NCBI GenBank assembly: GCA_016201205.1
Contig: JACQDF010000049.1
Location: forward strand, 4,401 to 68,400
Length of the DNA: 64,000 nt
Reading direction: 5' to 3'
Source: Acidobacteriota bacterium
GTDB taxonomy: Bacteria > Acidobacteriota > Terriglobia > Bryobacterales > Bryobacteraceae
The position numbers were made by a program, and so were the translations under genes. Positions 30,559 to 36,551 of this stretch are shown here, piece by piece. The notes under the pieces were generated by a model. That model made no database searches. It was given only the letters and a program-made list of their open reading frames with translations, and was not told where the DNA came from. Position 1 is the first letter of the stretch. Each line of letters begins with the position of its first letter.

Positions 30559-31040
30559 CTACGGCAAGGCAAATGCAATCAATGCGTCCGAATACACATC
30601 ATTGTACTTGTCGCCGCCGCCGGCGGCGACCACGACATATTGCTTGCTGTTCTTGCCGGGAAACATCATCGGCGTGGCGTGCGCGCTTGCCGGCAGCCGG
30701 TACGTCCATATCTGCCTGCCCGTGTCCTTGTCGAACGCCCGCAACCGGCTGTCATCGGTGGCGCCAATGAAGACGAGCCCGCCGGCGGTGACGATCGAGC
30801 CGCCGAGATTCGACGTCCCGGTCGGCGGCACTCCTTTCGCCAGCAAGAGCGTGCGTGTCTGGGGATCGAAGCTCGCCCCGCCCCAGTTGGCGCCTCCGTT
30901 GGTGCCCGGGAACAGCGCTGTGGGCTTCAGCCCCAGAGGCGTGTAGATGGGGCCGAACGCGGCGCCCTCCAGCAGCTTGCCGCAGAACGCGCACGATTCC
31001 GGCGTTAGGCCTGTCATCCGATTCCAGCCGCGTCGATGCC
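30559..31040 (-). pseudogene. C-terminal remnant (~155 aa) of a PQQ-dependent (glucose/sugar) dehydrogenase
   Basis: The lower part of track ORF 30559..31254 reads ..LTPESCAFCGKLLEGAAFGPIYTP...FPGTNGGANWGGASFDP...GGLVFIGATDDSRLRAFDKDTGRQIWTYRLPASAHATPMMF..KQYVVVAAGGG. The first ~80 codons of that ORF are only the antisense of the HEPN gene. Confidence 0.65.
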
Positions 31041-31095
31041 CACAACCGAATATAATTGTGGTTTCCATGCAATTCACAATGAGAGGATTCTGGCC
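31041..31095 (+). promoter_or_regulatory. AT-rich junction with a TATAAT hexamer. Possible promoter of the cassette.
   Basis: TATAAT lies at 31051-31056, and a 6-bp inverted repeat ATTGTG/CACAAT at 31055-31060 / 31075-31080. This is a locally low-GC stretch in a high-GC context. I could not find a convincing -35. Confidence 0.25.
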
Positions 31096-31106
31096 CGCCT
31101 CAAGCC

Positions 31107-31116
31107 GAGGTTCACC
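31107..31116. repeat. Left arm (GAGGTTCACC) of a 10-bp inverted repeat bracketing the three-gene cassette
   Basis: It is the exact reverse complement of 34296-34305. It lies immediately before the stop (31117-31119) that opens the HEPN frame. Confidence 0.4.
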
Positions 31117-31119
31117 TGA

Positions 31120-31527
31120 GGTCCCGATGACTATCCGGGCGCCGCCTCGAAACACGTCCTCGACGGCGAAGCCCTGCTGGCCGCACATCGTTTCGACGGC
31201 GCCGGATATCTGGCCGGCTACGCCGTCGAGTGCACAATCAAGACCGTGGCTCAAGTAGAGGGGAATGTGCTACGCGGCCATGATCTTGGCGGCCTCAGCC
31301 GCAGTGCTTTGGCGTTGGTGGCACTGCCGTCCGGTCGAACGGCTCGTTACCTAACCAATCCTAACCTCACCACCCTGACCTACGGTGATCCGCCGGGATG
31401 GAAGGAAACGATGCGCTATCAGGCAGCAGGATTCGTAAACCAGATTGATGCAGGTACCTGGGTTGCTGAGGCGCGTCGACTCCACGATGAAGTGATAGTC
31501 CAGATGAGGCTGAACGGAGACCTGTGA
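31120..31527 (+). CDS. HEPN-like domain protein; the start codon is unresolved
   Basis: My own translation of the open frame from 31120 reads ..AASKHVLDGEALLAAHRFDGAGYLAGYAVECTIKTVAQVEGNVLRGHDLGGLS...WKETMRYQAAGF... This shows the HEPN-like pattern GYAvEc.iK / .HdL..L / ..RY. The only in-frame ATG/GTG/TTG is GTG 31246 (the 93-aa track ORF). A well-placed GAGG (31118-31121) plus ATG (31127) is one nucleotide out of frame. Confidence 0.55.
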   Translation, partial: GPDDYPGAASKHVLDGEALLAAHRFDGAGYLAGYAVECTIKTVAQVEGNVLRGHDLGGLSRSALALVALPSGRTARYLTNPNLTTLTYGDPPGWKETMRYQAAGFVNQIDAGTWVAEARRLHDEVIVQMRLNGDL

Positions 31528-32822
31528 CGATGCACTTCGGACAAGCACGCCAGGCGGCGGCAACTGTGTTGCAGCAGAATGAGTCGCTCCTCGACCGAGC
31601 AGTTCTGATCGACGATGTCTTCGGCAAGATCCGAGTCGTTGCTTGGTTCACCGCAGATGTTCCGCCGAATGCGGAGAACGGCTTGCGAGGTTCGCTGAAG
31701 GAAGCATCTGGCCCATTCTGGTCGGGCGATCTTTGGGTGGCCAACGGGGCGTCTGCTGCAGATCTCGAGGTCTATGAGACGGCATGGAAGGAGGCCGGCG
31801 AAATCACGCCCAAATTGCGAAGGTCGTCACGTCGGCGGACACGTGGCTTCTGGCTCGAAGCACCGGGCGAACCAGCGTGGCGGCTTCCCGATGACGGCGG
31901 AGCCACGCCGATCGTCGCCTTCTATTCCTTCAAGGGCGGCGTCGGACGCACAACTGCCCTAGCATCATTCGCCGTTCTACGCGCCCGGAAAGGCGAGCGA
32001 GTCGCGGTACTCGACCTTGACTTGGATGCCCCTGGGGTAGGCTTGTTGCTGGATCCGGGCGAGTTCGCCCAACCCTCGGCGTGGGGCGTCGTGGACTATC
32101 TGCTGGAAGCGCCACTGCTTGAACACCTTGATCTTGAGGACTACTACCATGTCTGCGCCCGTGAGGCTCTGACTGGCGCGGGAGAGATCCTGGTCTTCCC
32201 GTCGGGGCGCCTGGAATCCGATTACGTGGCCACCCTCGCACGACTCGACTTGGAGCCTCCACATCCCCGTAAGCAGCATCCCCTTCTGCGGTTATTGGAA
32301 CAAGTTCGGGACGAGTTGCGACCAGAGTGGATATTGCTGGATTGCCGAGCTGGCCTGTCAGAAGCCGCCGGCTTCGCCCTCAGTGGCTTGGCGCATCTTA
32401 CCGTGTTGCTCGGCACGACATCAAATCAGAGTTGGGCGGGCTTGCGTCTTCTCCTCGATCGCCTCGGCGCAGAGCGCGTTCGCAAATCGATATCACAGTC
32501 CGAGTGCTTGATCGTACAGGCGATGGTACCGGATGACCCAACGGTCGGTGGGTTGGCCAGGGAACACTTCGCAGAACGCGCCGCAGAAGAGTTTGAACAG
32601 GCCTATTATGCGGAGAACCCTACAGACCCGGACGAAGACGCCTACTGGTATATGCGCGACATGGATACGGACGACGCACCGCACGTGCCGGTAGTGATCT
32701 CTTACAAGCCTCGGCTGGCGTTTCTGCGGTCGATAGAAGATGCCGTACCCGTCTTCCAAGATTCCGAATACGGCGCCCTGGAGACGCGCATCTCAAGCCG
32801 TTTCGGGAAGGAGGGGGAATGA
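31524..32822 (+). CDS. ParA/MinD-class ATPase with variant Walker A 'KGGVGR', carrying an unassigned ~125-aa N-terminal domain
   Basis: IVAFYSFKGGVGRTTALASFAVL (deviant Walker A with Arg in place of the P-loop Lys), VAVLDLDLDAPGVG (A' box) and EWILLDCRAGLSE (Walker B). The start is GTG 31524 (GTGA overlap with the HEPN stop) or ATG 31530, preceded by GGAGA at 31516-31520. Confidence 0.8.
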   Translation: MTMHFGQARQAAATVLQQNESLLDRAVLIDDVFGKIRVVAWFTADVPPNAENGLRGSLKEASGPFWSGDLWVANGASAADLEVYETAWKEAGEITPKLRRSSRRRTRGFWLEAPGEPAWRLPDDGGATPIVAFYSFKGGVGRTTALASFAVLRARKGERVAVLDLDLDAPGVGLLLDPGEFAQPSAWGVVDYLLEAPLLEHLDLEDYYHVCAREALTGAGEILVFPSGRLESDYVATLARLDLEPPHPRKQHPLLRLLEQVRDELRPEWILLDCRAGLSEAAGFALSGLAHLTVLLGTTSNQSWAGLRLLLDRLGAERVRKSISQSECLIVQAMVPDDPTVGGLAREHFAERAAEEFEQAYYAENPTDPDEDAYWYMRDMDTDDAPHVPVVISYKPRLAFLRSIEDAVPVFQDSEYGALETRISSRFGKEGE

Positions 32823-34300
32823 GCCGCCTTCAACAAGAAGAACGTATTGTGTTGCTGAGTGATCTGGCGAGCATGGGCAGCAGTGGCATCGCCGAGAATG
32901 AAAATGCCGCCACGTTCCGTCAGACCTTCTATCCGGTCGCCGAGCACAGTCGTGCATTTGATCCCGACGTTGCCCTCGTTGTCGGAAGTCGCGGTTCCGG
33001 AAAGAGTGAGCTGTTCCGAGCAGTGGTGCGTGAGAAACTGTTACCTGCAATCGCGCGCGTGAGCGGCGGGCAACTGAGCCGGTTGATGCCGCAGCAAATC
33101 GATTGGGTCGCTGGCCATCCACTCGAGAGGGAGTTCCCGGACATGAGTGGATTACGGCGATACTTCAGCGAGCATCAGTCGGATCCGGATGCGTCCGTTG
33201 ACCTTTGGCGCGCCTATCTTCTTCGGACACTGACAGGACATCTGGACTTGGCCGGTTTCAGAAGCCGGAGCCTTTTTGAATCACAAGGCGCTGACGTCGA
33301 GGCCATAGTGAGGAACTTGGGCGATCTCGGAAATCAGCCGGTGCTCGCGCTTGACCGATTGGACCAGACCTTGGAGGGCAGCCAACGCTGGATCATCGTC
33401 AGCTACGACGAACTCGACGTGATCGGTGGCTACGATTGGCATTCCATGGTCCAGTCTATTCACGGGCTGATCTCATTTTGGGCCAACAACGCCCGGCGCT
33501 GGAAACGTATCCGGCCAAAGATCTTCTTGCGAACGGACCTGTTTCGCCGGCATGCCCAATCGTTCGGCGCCGATCTCATCAAACTGGCCGCCAACCGGGC
33601 CGAGATCACATGGAGCGATCGCAACCTGTACGGCATGCTGGTGAAGCGGCTGGCGAATGCCAGTGAAGACCTGCGCCGCTACTGCGAGGCTGCTCGTGTT
33701 CGGTTTGAACAAGACGTTGATCTCGCGCTGATTCCATTGATAGGAAAATCCCCCGATGCGCGCCCGCTGATTGAGAGGATTGCCGGGCAGTACATGGGTG
33801 CCAACCTCAAAAAGGGTCGTACGTTTGCTTGGTTACTCACTCACATTCGCGACGGGAATGGTCACGCCATGCCGCGCGCCCTCGTCCGGCTGATCGAGAA
33901 GGCTGCGAGCCAGGAACTTGAGCGACCTCTGGCGACTTACAATCGGTTGCTCGACCCCCGCAGTCTCCGCCGCGCGCTGGACGATGTGTCCAAGGAACAC
34001 GTATTGGAGGTGAACACCCACGAGCTGCCCTGGTTGCCTGGTGTCAAGGATCGATTGGAGGGTTCTGGCGTTCCTATGCTGCGCCGAGAAGCCGAGCGAC
34101 TGCTCAGCCGCGGATGGGACGACTCGTGGAATATAACGCAACCCTGCGCGCGCCCGCCAGCGAACGCGGCCACCGAACTGGTTACGCAGTTGACTGAGAT
34201 TGGTGTTTTCCGGGTGCGCCCAGATGGCCGAATCGATGTCCCCGACCTGTTCATGGCGGGCCTCGGGCTCTCACGTAAGGGCGGCGTGCGAAAACGGTGA
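32819..34300 (+). CDS. P-loop NTPase of unassigned family (STAND/Sll1717-like is only my impression)
   Basis: Walker A is DVALVVGSRGSGKSELF and Walker B is RWIIVSYDELD, followed by RPKIFLRTDLF and AEITWSDRNLYGMLVKRL. The C-terminus is basic: ..IGVFRVRPDGRIDVPDLFMAGLGLSRKGGVRKR. GGAGG lies at 32810-32814, and there is an ATGA overlap with the upstream stop. Confidence 0.8.
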   Translation: MSRLQQEERIVLLSDLASMGSSGIAENENAATFRQTFYPVAEHSRAFDPDVALVVGSRGSGKSELFRAVVREKLLPAIARVSGGQLSRLMPQQIDWVAGHPLEREFPDMSGLRRYFSEHQSDPDASVDLWRAYLLRTLTGHLDLAGFRSRSLFESQGADVEAIVRNLGDLGNQPVLALDRLDQTLEGSQRWIIVSYDELDVIGGYDWHSMVQSIHGLISFWANNARRWKRIRPKIFLRTDLFRRHAQSFGADLIKLAANRAEITWSDRNLYGMLVKRLANASEDLRRYCEAARVRFEQDVDLALIPLIGKSPDARPLIERIAGQYMGANLKKGRTFAWLLTHIRDGNGHAMPRALVRLIEKAASQELERPLATYNRLLDPRSLRRALDDVSKEHVLEVNTHELPWLPGVKDRLEGSGVPMLRREAERLLSRGWDDSWNITQPCARPPANAATELVTQLTEIGVFRVRPDGRIDVPDLFMAGLGLSRKGGVRKR

Positions 34301-34305
34301 ACCTC
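34296..34305. repeat. Right arm (GGTGAACCTC) of the 10-bp inverted repeat bracketing the cassette
   Basis: Exact reverse complement of 31107-31116. It contains the stop codon (34298-34300) of the last cassette gene. Confidence 0.4.
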
Positions 34306-34332
34306 AACAGGAGTCTTGCTACGCGAGCCACG

Positions 34333-34353
34333 CACCTGCCTTTTGGGCAGGTG
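34333..34353 (+). terminator. Hairpin CACCTGCC-TTTTG-GGCAGGTG downstream of the cassette
   Basis: 8-bp perfect stem read from the sequence, 33 nt after the stop of the P-loop NTPase gene. There is no downstream T-tract, so function as an intrinsic terminator is uncertain. Confidence 0.3.
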
Positions 34354-34384
34354 AGCTGCCAATTGACCCACTGAAAACACTCGC

Positions 34385-34655
34385 TAGGACGTCGGCGCGA
34401 TCCGCCGACCAGCACTTTTGACGGAAAGCACCGGCCGCCCTGCCGAAGCTGTCCGCGGGCTTGCCGGTGGCTGCATCAATCGCCCAAAGCTGCCCGTCGA
34501 GCGTGCCGTAGAACAGGCGCCGCAGCTTGCCGCCGGCCCAAGCGGTAGATCTGATCGAGCCGGGAATAACGCGTGCCGCCCGCGTCGCCGCCGTAGACAG
34601 GCCATTGCTGCGCGCCGGCGTGGATCGGCAGAAAAAGAGCAGCCACCAGAAGCAT
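34385..34655 (-). pseudogene. N-terminal remnant of the PQQ-dependent dehydrogenase, internally disrupted
   Basis: My own translation gives MLLVAALFLPIHAGAQQWPVYGGDAGGTRYSRLDQI (signal peptide plus the typical PQQ-dehydrogenase start). After a frame change it reads KLRRLFYGTLDGQLWAIDAATGKPADSFG (a propeller-blade motif). The frames are broken and about 70 aa are missing between the two pieces. Confidence 0.6.
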
Positions 34656-34720
34656 GTACCATACCCTTATCCCAGTTGGAGGATCGCGGAGGCGCCATCT
34701 GGCACAATGAGTAGTGGACC

Positions 34721-35257
34721 ATGACATTTCACCCTCATGCCTACGGGCCGGCCATCGCGAACATCCTCGCTCTGGATGGCAACGGCGCGCGGCTGATGCC
34801 GCTGGCCGGTGGCACGTGCTCTTCCCCGCAAGCCCGGGCCCGTCTCGGCAAGCTTCGCCCGGAAGATCTGTTCCCCGGCAGCCGCGCTCCGGAAGCCGCC
34901 TTCAGCGGTCTCTGGCTCTATTTTTCCTGTCTCGACGAGTCGCACCGGCTTTCGCAAGACATCGCGACCCCGGAGGGCAGTTTCTGGCACGGCATTATGC
35001 ACCGCCAGGAGCCTGATCCAGACAATTCTTCGTATTGGTTTCGCCGCACCAGCTCGCATCCGGTGTTTCCGGAATTGGCCGAGGACGCCGCCGCGCTCGG
35101 ATACGGCGCCGGCCCGCGCTGGGATCCGTTCGCCTTCATCGACTTCGTCGAGCAGGCGCGCCGCAGACCGGGTTCCGATGAGGAACATCTGGCGCTCGTG
35201 GTGCAGTGCGCCGAATGGCAGCTTCTGTTCGATTACTGCGCGAGCCCTGCCGGATGA
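34721..35257 (+). CDS. Hypothetical protein
   Basis: 178-aa ORF with non-shadow composition (…SFWHGIMHRQEPDPDNSSYWF…). There is an ATGA overlap with the downstream adaptor gene. I recognise no family. Confidence 0.5.
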   Translation: MTFHPHAYGPAIANILALDGNGARLMPLAGGTCSSPQARARLGKLRPEDLFPGSRAPEAAFSGLWLYFSCLDESHRLSQDIATPEGSFWHGIMHRQEPDPDNSSYWFRRTSSHPVFPELAEDAAALGYGAGPRWDPFAFIDFVEQARRRPGSDEEHLALVVQCAEWQLLFDYCASPAG

Positions 35258-36474
35258 AGCGACTCCTCTGGTTGTTCCCGCTCGCTGTGCTCGGCGGCCT
35301 GGCCTACTGGGGCTACAAGGTGAAGAGCGCGCCGCCGCAAGTCGCCTTCACCAAAGCCAATCGCCAGAACCTGGTCAGCAGTGTTCTTACCAACGGCAAA
35401 GTCGAGCCGCTCGAGTGGGCCGCCGTGCGCGCCGGGCGCGAAGGCGCCGTGATCCGGCTGGCGGTGGACAAAGGGCAGACCGTCTCCCAGGGCGCCATCC
35501 TCGTCGAGTTGGACGCCACCGAAGCCAGAAACGAGCTGGCCGCCGCCGAAGCCCGCATCGCCCAGGCCAAAGCCGAACTCGACGTCCTCCGCTCAGGCGG
35601 CCGGGCGCGCGAGATCGCCGAATTGAACGGCGCCATCGAGCGCGCCAGGGTGGATCTTGTCATTCTCCAGCGCCAGATCGACTCGCTTGCCCGCCTGGTC
35701 GAGAAGAAAGCCGCCACCCGCCGCGAATTGGAAGACGCCATCGAGCGCAAGGAGAAAACGGAAACCGAGATTCGCACCCTCGAAAAGCGCCGCTCCGCGC
35801 TCGTCTCCCAGCCTGATTACGCGATTGCCGAAGCCAGGCTGCGCGATGCCGAGATCGCCGGAAACGCCGCCAGACGCCGCATCGAGATGAGCGTGATCCG
35901 CGCCCCCATCCCCGGCGCGCTCTATCAGCTCGACATCCGCACAGGCGCCTATCTGCGGCCGGGCGATCTGATCGGCCAAATCGGCCGGCTGGACCGCGTT
36001 CGCGTGCAAGTCTATGTCGACGAGCCCGAGCTGGGCAGCATCCGCAAAGGGCTGCCGGTCACAATCACCTGGGACGCGCTCGCCGGCAAGCAGTGGGCCG
36101 GCGTCGTGGAGCGGCTCCCGGCGCAGATTGTCGCCCTCAACTCGCGCCAGGTCGGCGAAGTCACCTGCATCATCGAGAACACGGACCGCCTGCTGATCCC
36201 GCAAACCAACGTGAATGCCGAAATCCGCACCAGCGTCGTCGAGAACGCGCTCACCATCCCCAAGGAAGTGCTGCGGCGCGAACGCGAGGAGACGGGCGTG
36301 TTTGTGTTGCATGGAGATGCAGTGGCCTGGCGCGCAATCCGTACCGGAGCCGCCAGCATCACCCACGTCGAGGTGCGGGAAGGCCTGAATGGCGAAGAGC
36401 AGATTGCTCTGCCCACAGACCTTCCGCTGAAAAACGGAATGCGGGTGCGCGTTATTCTGAAGTCCGGCTCCTGA
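35254..36474 (+). CDS. Efflux transporter periplasmic adaptor subunit (HlyD/MacA family)
   Basis: The start at 35254 (MKRLLWLFPLAVLGGLAYWGY) gives a TM anchor, followed by a coiled-coil hairpin (AEARIAQAKAELDVL...) and beta-barrel/MP domains. The track ORF begins at 35206. Confidence 0.85.
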   Translation: MKRLLWLFPLAVLGGLAYWGYKVKSAPPQVAFTKANRQNLVSSVLTNGKVEPLEWAAVRAGREGAVIRLAVDKGQTVSQGAILVELDATEARNELAAAEARIAQAKAELDVLRSGGRAREIAELNGAIERARVDLVILQRQIDSLARLVEKKAATRRELEDAIERKEKTETEIRTLEKRRSALVSQPDYAIAEARLRDAEIAGNAARRRIEMSVIRAPIPGALYQLDIRTGAYLRPGDLIGQIGRLDRVRVQVYVDEPELGSIRKGLPVTITWDALAGKQWAGVVERLPAQIVALNSRQVGEVTCIIENTDRLLIPQTNVNAEIRTSVVENALTIPKEVLRREREETGVFVLHGDAVAWRAIRTGAASITHVEVREGLNGEEQIALPTDLPLKNGMRVRVILKSGS

Positions 36475-36551
36475 CGCCGGCGGTCCGCAGCAGGTTCAGG
36501 AAGGCCTCTTCCTCCAGGTGGCGGAAGGGCCGGGTCTGTTACAGTCGTCCC

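Noticed and set aside
27731-30946. A 1071-aa plus-strand ORF, the longest 'novel-looking' ORF in the track
   Set aside because: It lies entirely antisense to the well-supported lhr helicase gene. Its composition is Arg/Ala/Gly/His-rich and low-complexity, with no motif. It is a typical shadow ORF of a high-GC gene.
31127-31145. Programmed -1 ribosomal frameshift to join ATG 31127 to the HEPN frame
   Set aside because: I see no X XXY YYZ slippery heptamer and no obvious downstream stimulatory structure in this stretch. A simple indel, real or from sequencing, is more parsimonious.
30559-31254. A 231-aa minus-strand ORF taken as an intact gene
   Set aside because: Only the C-terminal ~155 aa look like a PQQ dehydrogenase. 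The N-terminal ~80 aa are the antisense of the HEPN frame and the AT-rich junction. I treat it as a gene remnant.
31107-34305. Calling the cassette a transposon or other autonomous mobile element
   Set aside because: No transposase, integrase or recombinase gene lies within or next to it, and I could not identify target-site duplications. Only the 10-bp inverted repeat and the disrupted host gene are observed.
34809-35816. A 335-aa plus-strand Arg-rich ORF spanning the hypothetical gene and the adaptor gene
   Set aside because: It is an alternative frame across two better-supported genes, with extreme Arg/Pro/Ser composition.
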